This document shows positions 28,683-37,620 of a stretch of DNA of 48,985 nt, in pieces. Numbering within the stretch: position 1 is the stretch's first letter; each line of letters starts with the position of its first letter. This DNA comes from Phycisphaeraceae bacterium (GTDB taxonomy: Bacteria; Planctomycetota; Phycisphaerae; Phycisphaerales; Zrk34). Made by a program: the position numbers and the translations under genes. The notes below the pieces were generated by a model that worked only from the letters and a program-made list of their open reading frames with translations, was not told the DNA's origin and ran no database searches. Where the stretch lies: contig JBBDRF010000089.1 in assembly GCA_040905565.1 (NCBI GenBank), forward strand, positions 1 to 48,985, written 5' to 3'.

Positions 28683-29750
28683 TCATGCCGTCTTCCTTCC
28701 GCTTACTCGGTAGACGTAGGCGAGGATCTCGGCGACGGCGGCGTAGTGCTCGCCGGGGATCTCCTGACCGACCTCGACATGGCGATAGAGGGCCCGCGCC
28801 AACGGCGGCCGTTCGACGATGGGGATGCGGTTGGCGGCGGCGATCTGCCGAACGCGCATCGCCAGCAGGTCGGCGCCCTTGGCGACGACGGTGGGCGCGC
28901 CCATTTTCTCCTCATATTGCAGGGCGACAGCGAAGTGCGTGGGGTTCGTCACGATCACGTCGGCCTTGGGCACGTCGTGCTGAAGGCGCTGCATGGCGAT
29001 CTGCCGGGCCACCTGCTGGCGGCGCTGCTTGATGAGCGGGTCGCCTTCCATGCGTTTGTGTTCGTCTTTGACTTCCTGCTTGCTCATCTTCATGTCTGTT
29101 TCGTGCTGATATTTCTGATACCAGAAGTCGAGGATGCCGAGGAACATGAGCACCAGCGCCACCTTCAGCATCAACGACCACACCAGCCATGACGCGGCGG
29201 CGAGCAGTGGGCCGGCCTCGAGATGCATCAGCGAGATCATTCTGGGGAAGTCGAAGTAGATGCTGATGCCCGCGACGCCGACGACGATGGCGACTTTGAG
29301 CAGGCTCATGATCAGCCGGATCAGCCCGCGCATGCCGACGATCTGCTGGATGCCTTTGATCGGCGAAAGCTTGGAGAACTTGGGCGTTAACGGCTGGTAG
29401 GTGACCAGGAAGCCGACTTGCATGACGCCGGCGACGAGGGCGATCACCACCAGCCCCAGCGCGATGGGGATGAGAATCTGAAGCGTCAGGTGCATGGCCA
29501 CGGCCCACGAAGCGCCGACGTCGCCGGTGCGCGTCGGCTCGGCCCACATGGTGCCGCCGAGCATGGTTTCGACGAGCATCATCATCGACGAGAGGATGGT
29601 TTCGGCGAAGGCCAGCAGCATCAGCACCGCCCCGAGCAGCATGATGCCTGCGGTGAGGTCCTGGCTCTTGGCGAGGTTCCCCTCTTCACGCGCTTCTTCA
29701 CGGCGACGCAGGGTGGGGGCTTCTGTCTTTTCACCGAACTCATCGGCCAT
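28683..29750 (-). CDS. flhB: Flagellar export protein FlhB
   Basis: EKTEAPT..RREEAREEG, MSKQEVKDEHKRMEGDP, NPTH autocleavage site. Confidence 0.96.
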   Translation of the reverse strand: MADEFGEKTEAPTLRRREEAREEGNLAKSQDLTAGIMLLGAVLMLLAFAETILSSMMMLVETMLGGTMWAEPTRTGDVGASWAVAMHLTLQILIPIALGLVVIALVAGVMQVGFLVTYQPLTPKFSKLSPIKGIQQIVGMRGLIRLIMSLLKVAIVVGVAGISIYFDFPRMISLMHLEAGPLLAAASWLVWSLMLKVALVLMFLGILDFWYQKYQHETDMKMSKQEVKDEHKRMEGDPLIKQRRQQVARQIAMQRLQHDVPKADVIVTNPTHFAVALQYEEKMGAPTVVAKGADLLAMRVRQIAAANRIPIVERPPLARALYRHVEVGQEIPGEHYAAVAEILAYVYRVSGRKTA

Positions 29751-29780
29751 GTTGGACAATCTCGCGAAGCGGTGAAGCGG

Positions 29781-30560
29781 TTAACCGGAGGGTCCGAAGA
29801 GCTGAAAGAGCATCACGATCGCGTCGCGGGCCTCGGGCAGCAGCAGTTCGTACATCATGCCGACCGTGCCGATGAGCAGGATCGTGCCCATGATGATGCG
29901 CAGCGGGAAGCCGAGGCTGAGCACGTTCAGCTGCGGCACGGTGCGGGCGACGAAACCCATCGCCACCGTTTCCAGAAACACCATGCAAAGCAGCGGTGCC
30001 GCGACGCGGATGCCCAGTTCCATCATCGAACCAAGCAGGCCCACGATCATCTGCAGCAGCTGTTGATCCGGCGCATACCCGCCCAGCGGGACGTTCTCGA
30101 AGCTGCCAACCAGCACGGTCAGCAGCGCGTGATGGCCGTTGAGCATGATGAAGATCGTGACGGCGGTGAGGTAGAGCAGCGTGCCCATCACCTCGGTCTG
30201 TTCTTCGAAGTCGGGGCTGAACACCTGCGCCAGGCCGAGGCCGAGTTGCTGGCCCATGAGCAGGCCGCCGAGCTGCATCGCGACCAGAGGCAGCGTCGCG
30301 CCGTAGCCGATGACGAGCCCGATCAGCAGTTCGCTGGTCACGGCCACGCTCATCGTCATCAGCGACAGTTCCACCGGCAGCTGCGGCGGCACCAGCGGAT
30401 ACACGCAAAAGCTCAGCGTCATCGCCAGCAGTGCCTTCAACGGCATCGGCACCAGCGACGAACTGAACAGCGGCGCGAACACGAAGATGCCCGTCATGCG
30501 AAACAGCACCAGCAAAAATGCGGGCACATGCGGCAGCAAAGGTTCCAGGCTCGGTGGCAT
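29781..30560 (-). CDS. fliR: Flagellar export protein FliR
   Basis: Hydrophobic; RMTG..APLFS, LNGHH, ARTVPQLNVLSLGFP. Confidence 0.94.
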   Translation of the reverse strand: MPPSLEPLLPHVPAFLLVLFRMTGIFVFAPLFSSSLVPMPLKALLAMTLSFCVYPLVPPQLPVELSLMTMSVAVTSELLIGLVIGYGATLPLVAMQLGGLLMGQQLGLGLAQVFSPDFEEQTEVMGTLLYLTAVTIFIMLNGHHALLTVLVGSFENVPLGGYAPDQQLLQMIVGLLGSMMELGIRVAAPLLCMVFLETVAMGFVARTVPQLNVLSLGFPLRIIMGTILLIGTVGMMYELLLPEARDAIVMLFQLFGPSG

Positions 30561-30591
30561 CGTCAGTCACATACATAAGGTTCTACGGTTC

Positions 30592-30843
30592 TCACGGGGC
30601 AAACATGCGCTCAGCAAACTCGAGCATCCGCATCCCGATCCACGGGATGATCAAAATCAAAGTCACCATCATCGCCACGATCTTCGGCACGAAGCTCAGG
30701 GTCTGTTCCTGAATCTGCGTCACCGCCTGAAAGATGCTGACGAGCAGACCGACCACCAGGCCGACGACGAGAATGGGCCCGCTCACCATCAACGCGATGG
30801 TCAACGCTTCCCGCAGAATGTCCGTCGCCGCTTCGGTGGTCAC
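30592..30843 (-). CDS. fliQ: Flagellar export protein FliQ
   Basis: GLLVSIFQAVTQIQEQTLSFVPKI. Confidence 0.95.
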   Translation of the reverse strand: MTTEAATDILREALTIALMVSGPILVVGLVVGLLVSIFQAVTQIQEQTLSFVPKIVAMMVTLILIIPWIGMRMLEFAERMFAP

Positions 30844-30845
30844 AG

Positions 30846-31919
30846 CTACGTCGCTCCTGCAAGGGGGGTGGTGGCGAAGCTGTCGAGGAGGTTGCCGACG
30901 ACGAGGCGCCAGCCGTCGACCAGGACGAACAGCAGCAGCTTGAACGGCAGCGAAATCAGCACGGGCGGCAACATCAACATGCCCATCGAAATCAGCAGGC
31001 TCGAAACGACCATGTCGATGATCAGGAACGGCAGGTAGATGCGGAAGCCGATGATGAAGGCGATCTTCAACTCGCTCATGATGAACGAGGGCACCAGCGT
31101 CAGCATGTCGACATCCTGCCGGGTGAGGGTGTCCGGCTGAGCGGTGTCGACGCCTCGGTAGTTGAGCACCATGTAAACATCGGACCAGTTACCAGCCCGG
31201 TCGATCTGGTCAAACATGAAATCGCGGAGGGGTTGGCGTGCTTCGCTCCAGGCGGTCATCTGGTCGATGTCGCCATTGTTCAGCGGGACGATGGCCGCTT
31301 CGTGGATGCGCTGGAACGTGGGGGCCATGATCATAAAGGTCATGAACATGGCCAGCCCCACGAGCACCTGGCTGGGCGGCAAGGTCTGCGTGCCGATCGC
31401 CTGACGCAGCAGGGCAAGGACGACGATGATGCGCGTGAAGCTGGTGCAGAGGATCAGGATCGCGGGGGCAAGCGAGAGCACCGTCAGCAGGATCATGATG
31501 TTGAGCGTGGCACTGATGCCGCCTTCGAAACCCGGCACCGACTCGGCGGCGTCCTGAATCACGGTGATGGGGTTATCGATCGACACCGGCTGCAGCGGAT
31601 TCGCGGTGGTCGGCGTGGAGGGCGTGGACGGTGTGGAAGGCTCGGAGGGCTGATTCGTCTGATCCGTCGCCTGCGCCGTGGCGACGGTCGGCAACAGCAG
31701 CATAAGCAGGATGCTTAGGAGCAACAGCGGGTGCCCCGGCCAGCGAGCGAACAGCGAGACGGCCGGGTTCCCGGGACGCACGCCGAGGTTTTGGCTGATG
31801 ACGCGTCCCCGCCCGGCCGTCTGCGCTGGCCGGGGCACCCTGCGCGCGGAACCTTCGCGGCGCGACGGACGGTCGCGGATGCTCTCCAGGCGGCAAATTG
31901 GAAGGGTGGGGTGGTTCAT
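30846..31919 (-). CDS. fliP: Flagellar export protein FliP with an extended leader
   Basis: TSFTRIIVVLALLRQAIGTQ, ELKIAFIIGF, MGMLMLPP..ISLPFKLLLFVLVDGW. ATG 31919 lies 1 nt after the fliO stop (TGAGATG); exact start is uncertain. Confidence 0.93.
   Translation of the reverse strand: MNHPTLPICRLESIRDRPSRREGSARRVPRPAQTAGRGRVISQNLGVRPGNPAVSLFARWPGHPLLLLSILLMLLLPTVATAQATDQTNQPSEPSTPSTPSTPTTANPLQPVSIDNPITVIQDAAESVPGFEGGISATLNIMILLTVLSLAPAILILCTSFTRIIVVLALLRQAIGTQTLPPSQVLVGLAMFMTFMIMAPTFQRIHEAAIVPLNNGDIDQMTAWSEARQPLRDFMFDQIDRAGNWSDVYMVLNYRGVDTAQPDTLTRQDVDMLTLVPSFIMSELKIAFIIGFRIYLPFLIIDMVVSSLLISMGMLMLPPVLISLPFKLLLFVLVDGWRLVVGNLLDSFATTPLAGAT
31729..31840 (-). repeat. Palindromic REP/MITE-like element, family A copy 3 (inside the fliP 5' region)
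   Basis: Same 17-bp terminal inverted repeats as copies 1 and 2, in the opposite orientation. Confidence 0.88.
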
Positions 31920-31920
31920 C

Positions 31921-32757
31921 TCAGCGTTCGCGGTCCTTGAGATGGCGGATGCGTGAGAGCAGGCCCGAGAGCTGATCGCGGGTGCGGTCGACGTCATGCT
32001 CGGAGGTGTCGCGGTTGCTGGGTTCGTCGGGCGTGTAGTCTTTATCAAAACGCTGCATCACGGTGCGGAATGAACGCGTGATGGAGACAGGCTTGGCGGC
32101 TTCGACCTGGCCGAGCAGCCAGGCGACTTCGTCGGGATCGTCCAGCGTGGTGAGCGTGTCCATGCCGTTGGGCGTCTGGGCGGCGACGATGACGCGCTGA
32201 TGGATTTTGAGGAAGACGACCTGCGTCTTATGGCCGATCGTGGCACGGGCGAGCACCTCGACGAGCCGATTCCCGCCGACCCCCGCCTGGGTGCCGGTCA
32301 TCCGCATCAGCACGGCACGCAGGGTGAAAATCAGGGCGAGGACCACGCCGAGCGCGGTCAGCGTTTGCAGGATCCAGGAGCCGGAGCCGGTGGGCGAGGA
32401 ATTGGTGATGCTGGGCGCGCGGTCGTCGAGCGGGAGCAACTGCTGCTCCTGCTCAGGGACCGGCAACGGCTGCGATTCGGGATCGTCCGCGGCATCGGCC
32501 TCGGCGGTGACCTCGCTTGCGGGCTCGGCAGAGAGATCAGGATAGAGCGAGACGGGGAAGGGGCCGGACGACGGTGCGTCGGTGTCGGGCGACGTTGGGG
32601 GCGCGGGCGATGTGGCGGTGGCGGGGGCGGCATGGGCGCGCACGGACAGCGTGAGGGTCATCACGGCGATGAGAATCAGGGTACATCCCGCGCGCTGATG
32701 CGGTCGGTCGAACATGCGCCATCCCTGGCTTCGTAAGGTGACGGGCTCCGCCGTCAC
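31921..32757 (-). CDS. fliO: FliO/FliZ-family flagellar export chaperone
   Basis: Signal-like N-terminus, Pro-rich linker, TM (QTLTALGVVLALIF), then VEVLARATIGHKTQVVFLKIHQRVIV; lies between fliN and fliP. Start uncertain. Confidence 0.82.
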   Translation of the reverse strand: MTAEPVTLRSQGWRMFDRPHQRAGCTLILIAVMTLTLSVRAHAAPATATSPAPPTSPDTDAPSSGPFPVSLYPDLSAEPASEVTAEADAADDPESQPLPVPEQEQQLLPLDDRAPSITNSSPTGSGSWILQTLTALGVVLALIFTLRAVLMRMTGTQAGVGGNRLVEVLARATIGHKTQVVFLKIHQRVIVAAQTPNGMDTLTTLDDPDEVAWLLGQVEAAKPVSITRSFRTVMQRFDKDYTPDEPSNRDTSEHDVDRTRDQLSGLLSRIRHLKDRER

Positions 32758-32769
32758 GCCTTCAGGCGA

Positions 32770-33375
32770 TCAACCTCCTGTTGATCGCGGTGCATCGGGG
32801 TCGCCGACCGGCGTGGCCAGCTCCTCCGAGTCGTCGCCCTCTTGACCGGGGCGATCTTCTTCAAGTTCCGCGACGATCTCGCTGATCCGTACGCAGAAGT
32901 TATCGTTCAGGACGAGCACCTCGCCCCGGGCGACGAGCCGTTCGTTGACGTAGATGTCGACCGGATCGCCTGCGAGTTTGTCCAGTTCCACCACGCTGCC
33001 CGAGGCCAGCCGCAGTACGTCCTCGACGAGCATGTGCGTTCGGCCCAGCTCGATTTTGACGTTCAGGTCGACGTCGTGCAGCAGGCCGATCCCGCTCTCT
33101 TCAACGTCCGCCAGCACCTTCTGAAAGCTGGGCAGCTCCACATTCGCCCCCCCACCACCACCCCCACTTTCTTGCGACTGGGGATCGGGGGTTGTGCCTG
33201 GTTCGGGGTCAGCGTCGGAGGCCGGTTCCTGCTGAGGCTGGTCGCCGTCGCCCTGTTTGAGTTCGTCGACCGCTTTCTGCGCGCCGCCGAGCGCCTGCTC
33301 CGCCATTTCACCGGCATCTTGCGTGTCGGCCTCGGCATCGGTCGGCTGGGGATTTGATTCGGGCTGCTCGGCCAT
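32770..33375 (-). CDS. fliN: Flagellar motor switch protein FliN
   Basis: [41 protein letters not shown]. Confidence 0.95.
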   Translation of the reverse strand: MAEQPESNPQPTDAEADTQDAGEMAEQALGGAQKAVDELKQGDGDQPQQEPASDADPEPGTTPDPQSQESGGGGGGANVELPSFQKVLADVEESGIGLLHDVDLNVKIELGRTHMLVEDVLRLASGSVVELDKLAGDPVDIYVNERLVARGEVLVLNDNFCVRISEIVAELEEDRPGQEGDDSEELATPVGDPDAPRSTGG

Positions 33376-33432
33376 CCATGACCTCTCTGCTGATCTGCGG
33401 TGCTTAAGGCGATCGCTTATAGGACTCTTTTA

Positions 33433-33948
33433 CTAGAAGTCGGCTCGGAAGGGGGTGCAACGCGTAATTAAAACGGCCTGCACGAAAGATTCCCCCTCCT
33501 CGTTCATGCCCAGACGCTCGTCCAGCACGGCATGAATCTGCCTTCGCAGTGTCGCCAGGGTCGATTCGTTGAAGATCCCCGGCTCGCCACGCCTGACAAT
33601 TGTAGCGATTTCCATGATCACCTGGGCGCTGCGCGCTTCCAGTCGATTCTTCAGACGGTCTTCGACGTTGTCCTTCTGAAGCACCGTGATGTAGACCTCC
33701 ATGTCGTACAGCACCTGCCGGCCTGTCAGGAGGTTGGGGAATTTATCCCGCACCACCAGCAGTTCGACGAGCTCGGCCTCGGCGGCCTCGCCCTCCACCG
33801 CTTTCTCCTCAGCTTTCGCGCTGGAAGGTCCGCTAAGCCACATGGTAACACCGATCGTCGCCCCTTCAAGGGCCAAAACGGCCACGAGGATGAGGATCGC
33901 TTTGAGGGCCGACGTGCGGTTCGAGGCGTTGTTCGTTGCTTCTGCCAT
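33433..33948 (-). CDS. fliL: Flagellar basal body-associated protein FliL
   Basis: Single N-terminal TM, FPNL motif, LRRQI helix; lies between motB and fliN. Confidence 0.75.
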   Translation of the reverse strand: MAEATNNASNRTSALKAILILVAVLALEGATIGVTMWLSGPSSAKAEEKAVEGEAAEAELVELLVVRDKFPNLLTGRQVLYDMEVYITVLQKDNVEDRLKNRLEARSAQVIMEIATIVRRGEPGIFNESTLATLRRQIHAVLDERLGMNEEGESFVQAVLITRCTPFRADF

Positions 33949-33957
33949 GGTTTGTAC

Positions 33958-34713
33958 TCAGGGGAAAATGGGAAGGACCGGATCGTCTCCCTGGCCTTCG
34001 AAATCCTGCATCAGAACCTCCTTCACGATGATCTCCACCCGGCGGTTCACCGCGTGGCGGTGCTCCTGGTAGACACGAGCCGCGAGGGGTTCATGGTTGG
34101 CGCTGGCCACGACACGCAGCCGGCGGGGGTCGATCCCGAAGTCGGTGACCAGCGCCTGCCGCACCGCATCGGCGCGGGCGTGGCTCAGCTGCCAGAGATC
34201 GGCGTAGACCGAGTCGGCAGCCTGGTCGCGGTTGGCCGCATGGCCTCGGATCTCGACCTTGTTGTTCTGTCCGCGGATTTCCTCGGCCAGTCGTCGCAGT
34301 TCACCCAGCGCATGGGCGGAGAGCGTCGCGGAGCCGGGCTCGAAGGTGAGCACGCCGCCGACGACGAACTGCATGCCTTCGCGGATGGTCTGGACGGCCG
34401 GCTCTTTGCCGACGATGCCCGGGTCTTCGCCGTTGCTGATCTGATCCTGCGCCCGCTTGAACAGGGCGACGGCGTCGAGTTTGCTCATGATGCTGGTCTG
34501 GGGCGAATCGACGACGGGCGCGACGCCGCCGCCCTGCACGTAGCCGAACGCTTCACGGATGGCTTTGACCTGGTTCTGGAATTCTTCGTCCTTGCGGAGT
34601 TCGCTCACCGCGGCAAGGAGGATGAAGAACACCAGCAGCAGCGACATAAGGTCGCCGTAGGTCACGACCCACTCGGGCACGCCGGGCTCGCATTTGCATT
34701 TCTTGGCGGCCAT
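33958..34713 (-). CDS. motB: Flagellar stator protein MotB
   Basis: WVVTYGDLMSLLLVFFILL and OmpA-like C-domain (IRGH, LSHARADAV, NRRVEI). Confidence 0.94.
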   Translation of the reverse strand: MAAKKCKCEPGVPEWVVTYGDLMSLLLVFFILLAAVSELRKDEEFQNQVKAIREAFGYVQGGGVAPVVDSPQTSIMSKLDAVALFKRAQDQISNGEDPGIVGKEPAVQTIREGMQFVVGGVLTFEPGSATLSAHALGELRRLAEEIRGQNNKVEIRGHAANRDQAADSVYADLWQLSHARADAVRQALVTDFGIDPRRLRVVASANHEPLAARVYQEHRHAVNRRVEIIVKEVLMQDFEGQGDDPVLPIFP

Positions 34714-34755
34714 GGTGATTCCTTCAGACAGCGTCGCCGGTGGGTGATGCGAGGA

Positions 34756-35532
34756 TCACGCCGCCTCGGCTTCCTCGTCGGCACGCTCGGAGGGCGGCAG
34801 GAAGGTCGTCAGCTTCTGCTGGACGACGCGGGGGTTGTCGCCGCTCTGGATGCTCATCACGCCTTTGATGATGATCGTTTTCAGCAGCACCTCTTCGGCG
34901 GATCGGCGTGCGAGTTTTTCGGAGATCGGCAGCGCCACGACGTTGGCGAAGATGACGCCGTAGAGCGTCGTCAGCAGCGCGACGGCCATGCCGGCACCGA
35001 TCTGGTCGGGGCTTTCCATGTTCGCGAGCATCGTCACGAGGCCGATCAGCGTCCCGATCATCCCGAACGCCGGGGCGTAACGACCGACCGAGTCGAACAC
35101 GCCCTTGCCGTTCTCATGGCGTTCGACGAGGTTCTCAAGCTCGGTGGACATGATTTGTTCAATAAGCTCGGGATCGGTGCCGTCGACCGCCATCTGCACA
35201 CCGCGAACGATGAACGGATCTTCGATGTCCTTGCACTGGCTCTCCAGCGAGAGGATGCCGTCGCGTCGGGCGACCTCGGCATAGGAGACCATGTCGTCGA
35301 TCAGCTTCTGAGGCGACTGGGGTTTGTTGAAGATCGCCTTGCGTGTGACCGAGACGATGCCCTTGATGCGATTCATCGGGTTCGCGATCACCGTGGCGCA
35401 GGTTGCGCCACCGACCACGATCAACACCGAGGGGATGTCGATGAAAGCGTCGAAGCTTCCGCCGGCGAAAATCGCCCACAAGATCATCGCGAACGCCATG
35501 ATGACGCCGACGATGGTTCCGAGATCCATCAC
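34756..35532 (-). CDS. motA: Flagellar stator protein MotA/PomA
   Basis: ARRDGILSLE, APAFGMIGTLIGL, MAVALLTTLYG, IQSGDNP. Confidence 0.96.
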   Translation of the reverse strand: MMDLGTIVGVIMAFAMILWAIFAGGSFDAFIDIPSVLIVVGGATCATVIANPMNRIKGIVSVTRKAIFNKPQSPQKLIDDMVSYAEVARRDGILSLESQCKDIEDPFIVRGVQMAVDGTDPELIEQIMSTELENLVERHENGKGVFDSVGRYAPAFGMIGTLIGLVTMLANMESPDQIGAGMAVALLTTLYGVIFANVVALPISEKLARRSAEEVLLKTIIIKGVMSIQSGDNPRVVQQKLTTFLPPSERADEEAEAA

Positions 35533-35589
35533 GCGCTCCCTGCGTTTGGTTGCGACCGATACACCACCGGTCTCTATTCCGTGTTGTAT

Positions 35590-35616
35590 TTATCGACCGC
35601 CCACCCCTCCCGCTTA
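35590..35616 (-). promoter_or_regulatory. sigma28 (FliA)-type promoter upstream of motA
   Basis: Minus strand TAAG-N15-GTCGATAA versus consensus TAAA-N15-GCCGATAA. Confidence 0.7.
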
Positions 35617-35646
35617 ACCGTTACAAACTACCGGGGCCGGGAAAAA

Positions 35647-35681
35647 TTGGTGATCGGCGAATGATAATTGGTTATTGGTTA
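35647..35681 (+). repeat. Degenerate heptamer tandem repeat
   Basis: ttggtga tcggcga atgataa ttggtta ttggtta. Confidence 0.5.
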
Positions 35682-35724
35682 TTTGCGGAGGGTGGGCGTT
35701 GGCCGACACGGCGCGCCGTCGACA

Positions 35725-35895
35725 ACGAGCCGCGCACGTCAGTAAGCGGTTGTGCGCTTGATTTTGACGGATCGTGACAATGCGTCGCAGTTCACGACCA
35801 ATGCGGATAACCCCCTACTTATCACACGGCCAATGCACCCCTCTCACGTTCACAAGTCTTTTGCACACAACCGCTCCCTTACGGTCGCGGCTCGT
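35725..35895 (+). repeat. REP-doublet/MITE-like element, family B copy 2
   Basis: Both arms identical to copy 1; interior also homologous (gcgtcgcagt..tcacgacca.tgcgga; ttcacaagtc). Confidence 0.9.
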
Positions 35896-35917
35896 ACCCA
35901 TCACCATTAGCCAATCA

Positions 35918-36268
35918 TCAGCCGTAGACGTCGATGAGGTGATCGAAGACGTTCTCCCGCGGTGGCAACTGCTGGGCCTGGTAGGCCGACGCACACATCG
36001 GGATGCGGTGGGGTTCATAGACGGGGTCGGAGCTCCGCGAGACGGCAGCTTCGCAATATTCACGCGGATGGTGCGGCTGATTCGAGGGACCACACGTTGT
36101 CGACGGCAACGGCTCCGGGGCGAACTGGCATTGGCGCGAAACGGCGACGCGTGTCGCCTGCAGGTTGCGGAGGGACCGCTGAGCAGCAGCAGTCGGATTC
36201 GAACGGTCGCGCTCGATCAGCGCGATCGTCAGATTGCTCGACATGCTGGGCGTGGGTCCGATTCGCAT
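35918..36268 (-). CDS. Small hypothetical protein
   Basis: 116-aa ORF filling the gap between repeat B2 and queA; ends in LIDVYG. Confidence 0.45.
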   Translation of the reverse strand: MRIGPTPSMSSNLTIALIERDRSNPTAAAQRSLRNLQATRVAVSRQCQFAPEPLPSTTCGPSNQPHHPREYCEAAVSRSSDPVYEPHRIPMCASAYQAQQLPPRENVFDHLIDVYG

Positions 36269-36449
36269 GACCCTGCATCACGCGAAGGGTGTGCCACCCC
36301 CGCCGGCGACAGCCGCAACCTTCTACAATGCATGCAGATGCGACGGATAACGGCCCGGGAGGCGGCATGCGGGCTTTGCCGGATGTTGACCTCACGCGAC
36401 ATGCTCGGGATGATCTGTCCCCCTCACTCACCAATCGAGTCACCAAGCG

Positions 36450-37556
36450 ATGCGTGTTGAAGATCTTGATTACCACCTGCCCGAAGCCCTGATTGCCGAT
36501 CGGCCGACCGACCAGCGTGACAACGCCCGCCTGCTGGTGATCGGCGACGCCGACGACGCAGGGGCCATCACCCATCACACCGTCGCCGACCTGCCCACGC
36601 TGCTTCAGCCGGGCGACGTGCTGGTCATCAACACCACGCGCGTGCTGCCCGCCCGCTTCTTCGCCACCCGGCAGGCCACCGGCGGCAAGGTCGAGGGGCT
36701 GTTCATCCAAAGCGTCGGCGAAACCACCTGGCACGTCATGCTCAAAAGCGGCGGCTCGCTTCAGCCGGGCGAAACACTCACGCTGAGCGTGCCCGATGAA
36801 ACGGCTGCGTCGACACTTGAACTCGTCAGCCGGCACGCCGACGGTTCGTGGACGCTTGAAAAACGAAGTCCGCTGGACACGCACACGCTGCTTGAGCGGG
36901 TCGGGCTGATGCCGTTGCCGCCTTACATCCGCAGGCAGCGCGAGGTGCGGCAGGCCCACATCGATCAGCAGCAGTGGGAGACGGACCTGGACCGCGAACG
37001 TTATCAGACGGTGTTCGCCGACGAGCCGGGGGCCGTGGCCGCCCCTACTGCGGGGCTGCACTTCACGCCGAGTTTGCTGCGCGCGTTGGAAGCAGCGGGC
37101 GTGCAGGTGGTCGGCCTGACGCTGCACGTGGGGATGGGCACCTTTGCCCCTGTGCGGAGTGAAACGCTGGAGGATCATGCGATGCATGTGGAGCGGTTCG
37201 CCGTGCCGCCGGCCACGCTTCAGGCGATCACCGAGGCCAGGCGTGAAGGCAGGCGCATCATCCCCGTCGGCACCACCTGCGTGCGGGCGTTGGAATCGCT
37301 GCCTGCCGACGTGCCGACCGACCGCCCGTATCAGGGCGAGACGGCACTGCTGATTCAGCCGGGCTTCACGTTCCGCTACACGGATGGTTTGATGACGAAC
37401 TTCCACCTGCCGCGTTCGACGCTGCTCGCATTGGTCGCAGCGAAGATCGGCCTCGACCGGCTGATGCAAGCGTACCGCGTCGCCATCGCTGAGAAGTACC
37501 GCTTCTACAGCTACGGCGACGCGATGCTGATCAACCCGAGCAAGCCAAGCGCGTAA
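36450..37556 (+). CDS. queA: S-adenosylmethionine:tRNA ribosyltransferase-isomerase
   Basis: DYHLPEALIA, MPLPPYI, RYQTVFA..PGAVAAPTAGLHFT, TLHVGMGTF, TNFHLPRSTL, YRFYSYGDAMLI. Confidence 0.97.
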   Translation: MRVEDLDYHLPEALIADRPTDQRDNARLLVIGDADDAGAITHHTVADLPTLLQPGDVLVINTTRVLPARFFATRQATGGKVEGLFIQSVGETTWHVMLKSGGSLQPGETLTLSVPDETAASTLELVSRHADGSWTLEKRSPLDTHTLLERVGLMPLPPYIRRQREVRQAHIDQQQWETDLDRERYQTVFADEPGAVAAPTAGLHFTPSLLRALEAAGVQVVGLTLHVGMGTFAPVRSETLEDHAMHVERFAVPPATLQAITEARREGRRIIPVGTTCVRALESLPADVPTDRPYQGETALLIQPGFTFRYTDGLMTNFHLPRSTLLALVAAKIGLDRLMQAYRVAIAEKYRFYSYGDAMLINPSKPSA

Positions 37557-37620
37557 AATAAGTTTGGAGCCTACGATTTGATCCAACCGGATTCCATCGC
37601 ACTGAATAAGGACGCGTTTC

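Noticed and set aside
33532..35664. 710-aa plus-strand ORF
   Set aside because: Antisense to fliL, motB and motA; no recognisable domain.
36347..36378. Second sigma28 promoter upstream of the 116-aa ORF
   Set aside because: A GCCGTTAT -10-like element is present, but no -35 match lies at 15-nt spacing.
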